A DNA stretch of 64,000 bases from a bacterium (GTDB lineage: Bacteria > Hinthialibacterota > Hinthialibacteria > Hinthialibacterales > Hinthialibacteraceae). The position numbers were made by a program, and so were the translations under genes. The stretch is taken from NCBI GenBank assembly GCA_963663405.2, contig CAXXSM010000140.1, positions 1-64,000 of the forward strand. The letters run 5' to 3'. Below, in pieces: positions 21,174 to 31,601 of the stretch (positions within the stretch are counted from its first letter, which is position 1; every line of letters begins with the position of its first letter). A model generated the notes under the pieces. The model had not been told where the DNA came from and ran no database searches. It saw only the letters and a program-made list of their open reading frames with translations.

Positions 21174-22106
21174 ATGGGAAAAAATCATAAACGAAAGACT
21201 GGATTAACCCGGCGCGGTTGGCTTACGAGCGCCGCGGCGGCCTTGTCGTGGAGCGTTCTGGCGCCGAAAAGTAGATCGGAAGAAACGGAGGAATCAAATC
21301 AAATCGCGCCCCCCGAAGGCTATCGGATTAAGAACGGCCGTATCAAACAAGCTGTTTATGGATGGTGTTTTCAGTCCGTCCCTATCGATCAATTTATCGG
21401 CGCCTGTCACCGCATGGGTGTCTCCGCCATAAATATCGGCCGTCAATACGTTCCCCAATTAAAAGAACGGGGAATGAACTTGGCGATGCTGAGCAGCCAT
21501 TCGTTCAAAACAGGGCCATTCAATGTGGATAATCACGCGCATTGCATTGAAAAATTGCGGGAAGGAATTGACGCCGCCGCGGAATATGGCGTATCCGATG
21601 TGATTACCTTTACAGGCATGCGGGAAAAAGGCGTCTCGGATTACCGGGGCGAGCGGAATTGTATTGAATGTTGGAAGAAAGTCATCGGATACGCGGAAAA
21701 GAAACAAGTGAATCTATGCCTGGAACAACTCAACACGCGCGACGATTCCCATCCAATGAAGGGACATCCCGGCTATTTCGGCGATGATGTGGATTTCTGC
21801 ATCGAATTGATTAAAAAGGTTGATTCCCCCCGGATGAAGCTGCTGTTCGACGTGTATCACGCGCAGGTCATGAATGGGGATGTGATCCGGCGTATCCGCC
21901 AGTATAAAGATTACATCGGCCATTATCATGTAGCGGGTGTACCTGGCCGGGGAGAGCTGGACGATACACAGGAATTGAACTTCCCTGCGATTATGCGCGT
22001 GATTCTTGAAACAGGATATACAGGTTATGTGACACAGGAGTTTATACCAACATGGAAGGATCCTCTCACGGCCTTGCGCCACGCGGTCCGTGTTTGTGAT
22101 GTCTGA
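21174..22106 (+). CDS. Hydroxypyruvate isomerase-like TIM-barrel protein with Tat signal
   Basis: TRRGWL; LEQLN; LLFDVYHAQ; HYHVAGVPGRGE; QEF. Confidence 0.88.
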   Translation: MGKNHKRKTGLTRRGWLTSAAAALSWSVLAPKSRSEETEESNQIAPPEGYRIKNGRIKQAVYGWCFQSVPIDQFIGACHRMGVSAINIGRQYVPQLKERGMNLAMLSSHSFKTGPFNVDNHAHCIEKLREGIDAAAEYGVSDVITFTGMREKGVSDYRGERNCIECWKKVIGYAEKKQVNLCLEQLNTRDDSHPMKGHPGYFGDDVDFCIELIKKVDSPRMKLLFDVYHAQVMNGDVIRRIRQYKDYIGHYHVAGVPGRGELDDTQELNFPAIMRVILETGYTGYVTQEFIPTWKDPLTALRHAVRVCDV

Positions 22107-22108
22107 TT

Positions 22109-23071
22109 TCAGGCCAAGGCTTTCTCTAAGGCCTCTTTCATTTTCTCCAAGCCGATCCGGGCGGTTTCAAGAGCGTCTTTTTGCCAGTATTCCCGGTTGA
22201 ATAATTCCAAGGAGAGGACTTTTCTTCCCCCAGTTGAGTGGTAATCGCGCAGGATTTGCGTCAATGGCGCGATCCCATCTCCCGGCATGATCCGGTCACC
22301 GTCCCGAATGGTTTCGCGTGGAGGATCGGCTGGATAATCGTTAATATGAAAGACTTGAATCATCGCGGAACTCAACAGTTTCAAACCGGAAAACGCGGAG
22401 CCGCCTTTGTAGACATGATAAACATCGGGAAGGAGGCAGGCCTTCGGATGACCACTTTCAATTGCAACGAAGACGGACTCCCCTAATCGATGCAGATTCT
22501 TTGAACTTCCCCAGACTTCCACTTGTGGAACTACGCCCATCTGATCGCCCAATTCTAATAACGCCCGATATCGCTCCGCCGCTATGAGGAGATCCAATCC
22601 CGGTTCACTCGTGGCGCCGGCGGGTGGCGCGGCGATTCGTTTTCCTCCAATTTGAGCGAGAACATCCATGTCCATCTTGGCGCCTTCCATCCCCTTCGCC
22701 CGCGTGGCTTCATCATCCACGATCCATTGATTGAAAGCGATCGCGCTTTCAATCGTCAGTCCAAGATCTTCCGCTCGATGACGAAAATCTTTGAGAGATC
22801 CTCCTTCTTTCACGTAAGAGTGGATCGAACTGGTCCACGGTTCAATCGCGTCGTAACCTGCTTGTTTCGCGATTTCGAGTTCCTTAACCAATCCCAGTTG
22901 TTGCCCCCGGATCGTTGAGGTGTTCAGGCAGAAACAATAACTCGTTCCGGCGCCCTCGCCTTTGTTTAAATTGGACGCAGAAACTTCCACCGGCCGCTCC
23001 ATCATAAGAGCCGCTAAGGACGCGCCGGATGTTGTTAACATTGCGCGTCTGGATAATTGTACATTTTTCAC
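22109..23071 (-). CDS. Sugar phosphate isomerase/epimerase (xylose isomerase-like TIM barrel) with Tat signal
   Basis: SRRAML; GYDAIEPW; DVYH; FHIND; R..PGDG; SLELF. Confidence 0.88.
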   Translation of the reverse strand: MKNVQLSRRAMLTTSGASLAALMMERPVEVSASNLNKGEGAGTSYCFCLNTSTIRGQQLGLVKELEIAKQAGYDAIEPWTSSIHSYVKEGGSLKDFRHRAEDLGLTIESAIAFNQWIVDDEATRAKGMEGAKMDMDVLAQIGGKRIAAPPAGATSEPGLDLLIAAERYRALLELGDQMGVVPQVEVWGSSKNLHRLGESVFVAIESGHPKACLLPDVYHVYKGGSAFSGLKLLSSAMIQVFHINDYPADPPRETIRDGDRIMPGDGIAPLTQILRDYHSTGGRKVLSLELFNREYWQKDALETARIGLEKMKEALEKALA

Positions 23072-23197
23072 GGTATGCTCCAGAATTGATTAAAGTTTAA
23101 AAGGAATACAGAGAACGAGAATTATTGTAGAGGAGTGTTTATTTCATAAGAAGGGCTTATCTTAAGGGATTGTTTTGCTGATTGAGGATTTTCTTTA

Positions 23198-24535
23198 TTA
23201 CGGTTCAATCTCTTCTTCCGTCTCACCAATGGGGAGGACGTCTGAGATTTCTCCTTTTGTATTCGCGTCATCAATATAGGCGCCCGTTTCTGGATCGATG
23301 ACCATGATGGGGGCCAGAATATTGGGATCTGCAGGTGTGGGTAACGCGCCAGAGCGAAGTAAGAAATAGAGAACAATATTCACAACTTCACCGGTCACGT
23401 ATGAGACCGGCGCCGTGATCCGGTACGTAATTTCCAATCCCACTTCTTCTTTATAAACCGTCGAAATCATAGATTCAATTTCAACGGTCTTGTAAGGTAT
23501 TGGAACCCAGGCATTTGCGCCTCCTGTGATGGGAAGGCGCGCAAATGCCATAAATGGGGGATGGGGATAACATATTTTCAATTGTTTATTATCCCATACC
23601 GCTTTGATTTCCCATTGATATTGGGAGGCAAAAACGTCCTCTGGAATGAGAACGGTTTGGTAAAAGGTTGTCACGAAATCACCGTTCACCTCTTCCCCGG
23701 TTTTACATAGACGAATGTGATGTCCTTTCATTAACGGGTAAAACGCGATCTGAGGGATATCCGGTTCACTCCTGAGTATAGCCGCATCAGAAATCCGGTC
23801 GGGCAGGGTATCTAAATCAGGAGAATCCAGAGGTTGCACTTCTGTACGTCTTTCGTAGAGTTCATAGCCACATAAGGGTTGGTTACGAACACGCAGTATG
23901 ACCGCGCCGAAGTGGAATGTTAAAGGAGCGCCTGTGTTGATTATTTGAATTAGCTGAGTTTGCAGAAGAGAAAAATCGATTATGAGACTAAAATTGGTAA
24001 GGCTGATGGATTTGTATTCTGGCATAGCTGGATATTTAACAAAATCAGCTGTTCCGTTAATATCAAATTCATCGACGGGAGGAAAAAGCGGTTGCGGATC
24101 GTTGTTATTGGGATGGCTGAATAATAAATTTGGATTTTTTAATAGTTCAATACCGTGATGAAAGGGAAATTCAACTTTAGTTTTTGTTATGTAATATTGA
24201 GCTTGCTCTTTGGCGACGGTTAAAAAGACGTGCGCTAAAGCATAATTACCTCGCCGGAGAAGTATCGGCAGCTTGCGGCTGCGCCAGTCTGGAAACAATG
24301 GATTCGCTGGATCAATGTAGATTGGTAAGTCTACATTCCCATATTGATCGTAAGAAAGTTTTTTTACCGAGCCAAAAGGGCCAGCCAGTCGGACGAAGAT
24401 CTGGGTTGTTTCGAGTGTTGGCGCTCCCGTTCTTTCATCGGCGAAGGCGTCATGATAGCCAGGATTTAAAAGACAAAAACATACGAAAGTCCATAGGAAC
24501 GGGCGGTAGGAAGATAATGCTCTCATGCTACTCAT
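23198..24535 (-). CDS. Hypothetical secreted protein
   Basis: 445-aa ORF with a signal peptide-like N-terminus (AFA|D) and an acidic tail; no recognised family. Confidence 0.7.
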   Translation of the reverse strand: MSSMRALSSYRPFLWTFVCFCLLNPGYHDAFADERTGAPTLETTQIFVRLAGPFGSVKKLSYDQYGNVDLPIYIDPANPLFPDWRSRKLPILLRRGNYALAHVFLTVAKEQAQYYITKTKVEFPFHHGIELLKNPNLLFSHPNNNDPQPLFPPVDEFDINGTADFVKYPAMPEYKSISLTNFSLIIDFSLLQTQLIQIINTGAPLTFHFGAVILRVRNQPLCGYELYERRTEVQPLDSPDLDTLPDRISDAAILRSEPDIPQIAFYPLMKGHHIRLCKTGEEVNGDFVTTFYQTVLIPEDVFASQYQWEIKAVWDNKQLKICYPHPPFMAFARLPITGGANAWVPIPYKTVEIESMISTVYKEEVGLEITYRITAPVSYVTGEVVNIVLYFLLRSGALPTPADPNILAPIMVIDPETGAYIDDANTKGEISDVLPIGETEEEIEP

Positions 24536-24845
24536 CTCCAGCTGGGATTAAATCTTTATTATTTTCGGTTTTAAATATATTATCTTTAGTTAAACATTAT
24601 TTGCTACGATAATCTAGAGATTCTTCTTTTATTAATTCATAAAAACAATCATGATCGAGATCACAACCTGCAAATAAAAATGAGTCGTGGAAGAGTTTGC
24701 GAATGAGATAGTTATGGAAACTCATTTTCATATAAAATTACCATATAATATTAATCCAGTCAACATATTTTTATTCCTAATAGGATGAATAACATTTAAT
24801 TTTGTTTTTAGAAAATCTGCAAACATTCTCATTTTTTCTTGAGAT

Positions 24846-25523
24846 TCAAAGATAATCCATTAGTCGTACGGTGAGGGCTTCCGCAATCGTCTCACGGGTT
24901 GGCAGAGGTTTGGAAACAGATAGTTTTTCAGAATTCTCCTTCCGCTCTATTAAATAACCAATATGTCTGTCATCACCGATCTCTTCAATCCGATTGGCGA
25001 TGACGACACGGGCTCCGCTGCGGTCCATTAAATCACTGGCGCGCCCGGTCAGTTCTTCCAGCGAGATCCGCGATTCCAATTTAAATCCAACAATCATTGT
25101 TCCCGACGCCCAGGAATGGATTTGTTCGATCAACTTTTCTCCCCGCTTTAATCGGATAATCCATTCGTCATCATGAGAGGATTTTTTGGACCGCATTCTT
25201 TCTACCGGGAAGTAATCCAGCACCGCAGCCGCCATGATAACCGTGTCAATCGGCTGTTCTTGAAGTATTTGAATCATCGAATCTTTCAATTGAGGAACTG
25301 TGCGAAAGCGTTGTAAATGGAGTCGTGGAAACAAATCGGGATCCGGCGCTTCGCTTGTTTCTCCCGCCAGCATATAGAGATTCGCTTGTTGCCGCAGAAT
25401 GGCATGCGCGATGGCTGTTCCCAACCGCCCCGTTGAATGATTGGTAATAGAACGAACCGCATCGAGAGGAGCGAATGTCGGACCAGAGGTCAGAAGAATC
25501 GTTTTTCCTTTGAGAGAAGCCAT
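24846..25523 (-). CDS. coaB: Stand-alone phosphopantothenate--cysteine ligase (CoaB/DFP domain)
   Basis: LLTSGPT…DAVRSITNHSTGRLG, MAAAVLDY, VGFKLE, VIAN motifs; no CoaC half. Confidence 0.85.
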   Translation of the reverse strand: MASLKGKTILLTSGPTFAPLDAVRSITNHSTGRLGTAIAHAILRQQANLYMLAGETSEAPDPDLFPRLHLQRFRTVPQLKDSMIQILQEQPIDTVIMAAAVLDYFPVERMRSKKSSHDDEWIIRLKRGEKLIEQIHSWASGTMIVGFKLESRISLEELTGRASDLMDRSGARVVIANRIEEIGDDRHIGYLIERKENSEKLSVSKPLPTRETIAEALTVRLMDYL

Positions 25524-25819
25524 CGTGGAGCCTTATCAATAAATCCGCTTTGCCTTTGGAGTTTTCAATCCTATACTTTATAAGATTTGCGGTCTAAATA
25601 GATTCATAGAACGCCGCTTCATTTTTATTAATCCAGTCAGTATTGAACGATCTTCATGATTTTGGATTGCGAATTTCATAATCCGCTGATCGACGGTTTC
25701 ATTTTATCGAAAAAGTGATTTCTTTTTGTCCGAATGGCGCTTTGGTCAATCGAGCGCTATTATGATACCGTCAATAATGCGGGAAAGGAATTGCAGACTT
25801 ATTTTTTTAGGTACAGACA

Positions 25820-27457
25820 ATGAAAAAAACAATCTATTGTATGGGCTTGAGTCTTTGTTTTGTTTCTTCCCTTCTTTGTCAACCGATCGATTTGAACGCG
25901 CCGCCGGATGGAACGATTCGATTTATTCGCGGATCATTGAATGGGGCGATTGGAGAGGTGGTGAGGAATATCGGGGATTTTAATGGCGATGGTTGGGATG
26001 ATTTGGCTATCAGTTCTCCAGAGAACGACATTGTATCAATTATTTTCGGTAAACGGCGTTTAAATCCAATTATCGATTTATCTTCTCTCCGTGTGGATGG
26101 GATCACCATCCGGGGAAATACGGGAACTGATTTTGGTGTGACGGTGGAACCGATCGGGGATTTCAATCACGATTTTCTCCCGGATATCGCGATCGGCGCT
26201 CCCTTCGATGGGGAGGGCGGACGGGTTTATATACTCGGTGGAACCTTTTCACCTACAAATGTTCGTGTAACAGATGAAAATCAATTTATTGCGATCGTGG
26301 AAGGGACCAATGGAGAAAATTTGGGCCGCGTACCCATGAACGGGGGAGATTTAGATAGCGATCTGTTTTATGAACTGGTGATTCCCAATCCCTATGCGTT
26401 CCAAGAAGGGGGGGATTTTCGGCAGGGCGCTGTTTACATGATTTATGGACAAGATGATTTTTCTGGAACCATCATACAAACGGATTCTTTGGATCCCGAA
26501 TTGACTCTAACGATTTATGGTCCCAAACCAGGTGGTGTGATTACACAGGATTTCGCCCAATGCGCCCATTTCATCGGAGATTATACTGGAAACGGATTTA
26601 ATGATCTCGCTCTATTCTCGGGTATCTATCAAATGGACCCCCCTGAAAGCCGCTTGGTGATTCTGCCTGGAGGGGAAAAACTCGTGGGTGTGTATGGAAT
26701 TGAGGAATTGCCCATTGCATTGGGAGACATTACCTTCCGGACACATACACAAGCCGGCATGATGGCGATTGATACAATCCGTGGCGGTGACTTGAACGGG
26801 GATGGGAAAAATGATCTGGTTTGTGGGATGCCGCGTGGGAACACGCTAGGGGATGACCGGACGGCAAGCGCCGCTGTGATTGTGCCGGGAACGCTGGCGA
26901 TTTCTGAACCTCTCGTGATCGATCAAATCCCTCATCCTCGAACCACAGTGATTAAACATTGGCAGGGGGATATCCGCTACCGGTCTTCTATTGAACTTTC
27001 AGGGAACCGGCTCGCGTTCGGCGCCCCTTCTACACCCAGCGTCTACCGGGCGACGGAAGTGACAGGCGCTGTTTATATCATTGATGGATTAAAGTTGGAA
27101 GCCGGTCAAGTGGAGCCGCGCCTATCCAGCGCCGCGTCAACGATCATCTATGGACGTGGGCATGAGAATTTGGTTGGGATTTCCTTTACTCCCGTGGGCG
27201 ACATCAATCGGGATGGGACTCCCGAGATTATTGTCAGCGCTCCAGGAGACTCAAGCTCAGATGGGGCAATCGCGTATCTCGTTTCGATTCGTTCAAGACC
27301 GGGAGACTTGAATGGGGATTTACACATCAATCCACGGGATCTGTTCTTTCTTTTACCCTATTGGAATGGAGCGGATTCGATTGGTGACTTGGATGGGAAT
27401 GGTGTAACGGATGCGATGGATCTTCTTCAATTGCGATTGAATATATCCGTGTTTTAG
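25820..27457 (+). CDS. Secreted FG-GAP (integrin-alpha-like beta-propeller) protein with C-terminal dockerin-like repeat
   Basis: Signal peptide; several GDFNGDGxDD..IGAP repeats; C-terminal GDLNGDLHINPRDL…GDLDGNGVTDAMDL. Confidence 0.88.
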   Translation: MKKTIYCMGLSLCFVSSLLCQPIDLNAPPDGTIRFIRGSLNGAIGEVVRNIGDFNGDGWDDLAISSPENDIVSIIFGKRRLNPIIDLSSLRVDGITIRGNTGTDFGVTVEPIGDFNHDFLPDIAIGAPFDGEGGRVYILGGTFSPTNVRVTDENQFIAIVEGTNGENLGRVPMNGGDLDSDLFYELVIPNPYAFQEGGDFRQGAVYMIYGQDDFSGTIIQTDSLDPELTLTIYGPKPGGVITQDFAQCAHFIGDYTGNGFNDLALFSGIYQMDPPESRLVILPGGEKLVGVYGIEELPIALGDITFRTHTQAGMMAIDTIRGGDLNGDGKNDLVCGMPRGNTLGDDRTASAAVIVPGTLAISEPLVIDQIPHPRTTVIKHWQGDIRYRSSIELSGNRLAFGAPSTPSVYRATEVTGAVYIIDGLKLEAGQVEPRLSSAASTIIYGRGHENLVGISFTPVGDINRDGTPEIIVSAPGDSSSDGAIAYLVSIRSRPGDLNGDLHINPRDLFFLLPYWNGADSIGDLDGNGVTDAMDLLQLRLNISVF

Positions 27458-27485
27458 GGATAAAAGCCGCTATTGTATTCGAATA

Positions 27486-28649
27486 TTATCCAGGGAATGT
27501 TTTTTGGTAGGCTTGGATGAATTCGTCTTCGCGGAAGAGGGTAATATAACCACGGGCGTGTTCGAAATCGTAAGCGTTTTTGGCGTGGCCCGCCCAATAA
27601 TACGCGATCCCGATCCGGCCATCGGCGAGGCGCGCCGCGCTGGGATAACCGAAATCCCCTCGTACCGGCCGGGAGAAAACGCATCGGTTATTGAGTTCCC
27701 AGGATCGTCCATTATCTTTGGACACCATGCCCAGGATCATCTTATCTTCTACGCTCCGATCTCCATATACAAGTAGAATCCACCCGTTAGATAGAAAAAT
27801 GAGATCCGCTGGATGCTGACCATTATTGGTCAAGCGCAAAGGGGAGGTCCAAGTCTGAGCGCCATCGCGGCTGTGTGTGAGATTCAAACGTCCCCCCTTT
27901 TCGGTCCGGGCGCATGCCAGCAGATGACCGTCATGCAAGCGCAGCATGGCTGTTTCATTGCATCCCGCCGCGATTAAATTTGGCTGCTCCCAGGTTAATC
28001 CATTGTCCTTTGAACGGACTAAGTAGGCATAGTCCCTAAAATTGTTTTGTGTATTGTTAACACCGGGAATTTTTTCAGTGAAAGGGCCATAGACATTCAT
28101 AAGCAAGGTGTTGTCATTACCTAAAATGATGCGCCCATAGGGAGAGCAACTTTCCAAACCAGGAATGCCCAGCGGTTTCGGTTCCTCCCATGTTTTTCCT
28201 CCATCATCCGACCACGTTACCATACACCGGGCTTTTTTTAATGAGGGATCGTATGTTCCTTCCGATGTATAACTGCCTTGTTGGTGATAGGCGAGAAGGA
28301 GCCGACCGGTGGGCGTAACGCAGAACGCCGGATTGCGGTCATCGTCTAACGTATTCGCCGCGACGATTCCTTGTCCCCAAGTTGTCCCGTCTTCCTGGGT
28401 TTGATTGAGGATCAGATAGCCTCCATGTCCTAAATGCCCCCCGCCTCCACGATAGACCGCAAACAATTGATTGCCCACACTGTTCAACACGGGGAAATAA
28501 CCGCTTTTCATTGCGATCGTTGCATGATTGACGGAGGGCAGATCGAAAACATTCAGCGTTGCAGTGACCGGGATTGACTCTTGGGATTGAGGTTGTGTTC
28601 CAAATGTGAGAAACAGGAGAATGAGAATTGATATAAGGCGACCATTCAT
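27486..28649 (-). CDS. Secreted sialidase-like BNR/Asp-box protein
   Basis: Asp boxes SDDGGKTW, SKDNGLTW, SRDGAQTW, SKDNGRSW; DRNP and GYPS; start taken at MNGRLISILILL. Confidence 0.85.
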   Translation of the reverse strand: MNGRLISILILLFLTFGTQPQSQESIPVTATLNVFDLPSVNHATIAMKSGYFPVLNSVGNQLFAVYRGGGGHLGHGGYLILNQTQEDGTTWGQGIVAANTLDDDRNPAFCVTPTGRLLLAYHQQGSYTSEGTYDPSLKKARCMVTWSDDGGKTWEEPKPLGIPGLESCSPYGRIILGNDNTLLMNVYGPFTEKIPGVNNTQNNFRDYAYLVRSKDNGLTWEQPNLIAAGCNETAMLRLHDGHLLACARTEKGGRLNLTHSRDGAQTWTSPLRLTNNGQHPADLIFLSNGWILLVYGDRSVEDKMILGMVSKDNGRSWELNNRCVFSRPVRGDFGYPSAARLADGRIGIAYYWAGHAKNAYDFEHARGYITLFREDEFIQAYQKTFPG

Positions 28650-28668
28650 TATAATCCCCTTTCGCAAT

Positions 28669-30032
28669 TTATTCGTCTTCTTCGTTCGAGCCTTCATATT
28701 CGTGCAGTTTCCGAATTAAAGTTCGTCTTCCGATTCCCAGAGCTTCTGCGGTTTTGGTGCGGTTTCCGTTATATTTTTCCAAGGTTTCCAAGATGACCTG
28801 TTTTTCGATTCGGATAACGTTGCATTTCCTGCGAGCAAGGGAGGGGAGACGGGATCGGTTTGTTGACGCAGTTCGTAGGGAATATTTTCTACGGTAATCT
28901 CCTCTTTTTGAGCCATGATGACCATATTCTCAACCATGCCTTGCAGTTCCCGCACATTTCCGGCCAGTCGTAGTGTTGGAAAATAGAGATAACCTCATCG
29001 GATACTTTCAAGGGCGCTTTTTCATTTTCTCCCGCATACTGGTTGGTAAAATGGCGGACCAGTAAAGGGATGTCTTCCAGCCGGTCACGGAGAGGGGGCA
29101 CTTCTATGGTCATGACCTTGAGGCGGTAGAAGAGGTCTTCCGGAATTTGCCTTCTTTGACAAGCGTTTCCAAGTTTTGATTGGTCGCCGCTAAGATACGG
29201 ATTATCGACCGAGATTGTTTCGGTTCCTCCGACGCGCTCAAATTTCTTTTTCTTGAAGTATGCGCAGGAGTTTGACTTGAATGGAAGCGTTGATTTCACT
29301 GATTTCATCGAGAAAGAGTGTACCTTGATCGGCGAGTTCAAAACGGCCTTTCCGTTGTTTGATCGCGCCGGTGAACGCGCCGCGTTCGTGACCGAAGAGT
29401 TCACTTTCGAGAAGGGTTTCCGATAAAGCCGCGCAATGGATTGGCACAAACAGGCGGTTAGCGCGCGGACTGAGATGATGGATCGCCTGGGCGACGAGTT
29501 CTTTGCCGGTTCCGGTCTCGCCGGTGATAAGGACTGTCGCTTTTGATGGAGCCAGTTGCGTCAGTTGCTTTTTAAGATTTTGAATCGCCGGGCTGGCGCC
29601 GATAATACTGTCTAAGCCTTCATTTCCTTTATTCTTTTCCCGGTGATATTCCACTTCCGATTCGAGCCGCCGCTTTTCAAAGGCTTGATTTAAGAGCAAT
29701 TCCAACTCATCGAGATTGATCGGTTTCGTAAGATAGTTGAAGGCGCCGAACTTCATCGCTTCGACCGCCATTTGAATCGTCCCGTAGGCGGTCATGAGGA
29801 TCACGGTGGGAGGGGCGGATTCTTTGAGGACTTCTTTAAGTAAAGTCATGCCGTCTATTTCCGGCATACGGATATCGGTCAGGACAATATCATACGAATT
29901 TGTTTTCAGTTTTGCGAGAGCCGCTTTACCGTCCGCGGCCGTGTCCACATGAAGGGAGTTGGACGCAAGGGCTTTCCGGAGTCCCTCTCGCGCGTGTTCT
30001 TCATCGTCAACAATTAAAAGTGATCGCCGCAT
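28669..30032 (-). CDS. Sigma54-dependent response regulator (NtrC/AtoC type) with about five single-base indels
   Basis: REC domain, Walker [30 protein letters not shown]. Frame-corrected 3' part gives DIRILAATN…FREDLFYRL…WPGNVREL…[17 protein letters not shown] (Fis HTH), with stop at 28669-28671. Confidence 0.88.
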
Positions 30033-30386
30033 TGGATATTCCCTGCTATCCGGTTTCCGTGTTTACACTCTAAATTTAGTATTCTAATAAGTGATTGGAT
30101 TCATGCAAGCGAGAGCCGATTTCGAAAACGTTAGACGTGATCGTTCGTATGTTTATGTGGCAAGTGTCTTGTTTCTATGATAGTGTATCTAGGTTTCATT
30201 GGCTCTTATACTTGAATTGTCTCAGACCAAAACCTTGACAGTAAACCGCTTTTTCTAAATGATTAAACCAACTTGCAATCACTCTCACCACTTTTGCAAT
30301 AGAGCCCCACTCTCATGATGAAAATATAAGAATGGGGAAAGTTATACAGATACAGAAAATAATTTAATTTACGAAAGGGGAACGAA

Positions 30387-31395
30387 ATGGTAACAAAAAA
30401 TATGTATCTATTGTTGATTGCCGCTCTGCTATCAACCTTGCCAGCTTGGAGCCAGCCTAGACGGGACATGATATCCGATTCCGATGAGATTCGTCATCTG
30501 TCGACAATCCGGATGCGGGATGTGTGTATTCTTCCCGATCCAGCCACCGAAACCTATTATATGGTTGGACCGGGAAGAAATAGCGTTCGCGTTTATACCA
30601 GCAAGGATCTTACAATGTGGCAGGGCCCCAAGACCATCTTCCGGACCCCGGAAGATATTTGGGGCGATATTCGCGTGATTGGTATTTGGGCGCCGGAATT
30701 GCACAAGTATAAAGGCAAATACTACTTGTTTCTTACATTTGACACTCGCAATAAATTTCCTGAACAATGGCGAAACTGGCTGCCCCGCGTTACGCGTGGC
30801 TCTCAAATCCTGGTTGCGGATCAGCCAACCGGCCCATTTACGCCTTTTGCCAGCCGGTCTACATTACCGCCGGATATGATGACACTCGATGGCACGCTTT
30901 GGGTTGAGGATGGAAAACCTTACATGGTTTTTTGCCATGAATGGGTTCAGATAACGGACGGTACGATTGAATACATTCCACTAAAGGATGATCTTTCGGC
31001 GATCGATGGAGAATCCACACAACTTTTTCCGGGGCAGTTACGCGCCATGGGAAGTTGGCGGTGAACAGGGCCAGCATGTGACTGATGGCCCCTATCTCTA
31101 TCAGAGCAAATCCGGAAAATTGTTTATGATTTGGTCCAGCTTTTCTCCCTTGTATACAGTTGGGCTCGCGATCTCCGACTCTGGCAAACTCTCCGGCCCC
31201 TGGCGTCAGCAGGAAGAGCCGATTATTAATAAGGACACCGGACATGGGATGCTATTCACGACCTTCGATGGAAGACTCATGATGGTTTTGCATTCACCCA
31301 ATAACTTCGGAGCGCAACCACATATCTATGAAATGGAAGATACCGGCGAAACTCTGAAATTAATCAAGGAATTCACCGGTAAAGAGGAAAAATAA
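30387..31395 (+). CDS. Glycoside hydrolase family 43 protein (one frameshift at the T-run near 31024-31028)
   Basis: Signal peptide; MRDV, WAPE, GKYYLF, LDGTL..EDGKPYMVFCHEW; continues in the next frame with TDGP…GHGMLF. Confidence 0.88.
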
Positions 31396-31601
31396 TTAAA
31401 TCAGGCGATCCCTTTTTTCCAATATATGACTTTCCACAAGCATTTCCAACATACTGTTTATCCGAGATCACCAAACATATCCGGGTTTTACCGATTAAAG
31501 ACAGTATCTCAGAAAAAAAAGTTCATTATTGAAGGTATAGACATTATATCCTAATCATTTTATATTCATTTTTGTATTATTTTATTGTATGGGGAGTATC
31601 A

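Noticed and set aside
20203-23071. MOSC-MogA fusion and two Tat-exported TIM-barrel isomerases as a novel pathway
   Set aside because: Both architectures are common in anaerobes and PVC-type bacteria, and the two isomerase genes are convergent rather than co-transcribed.
28716-29449. Separate small genes (ORFs 28716-28955 and 28889-29449) or programmed frameshifting
   Set aside because: They are pieces of one sigma54 regulator broken by several homopolymer indels of both signs, which does not fit programmed recoding.
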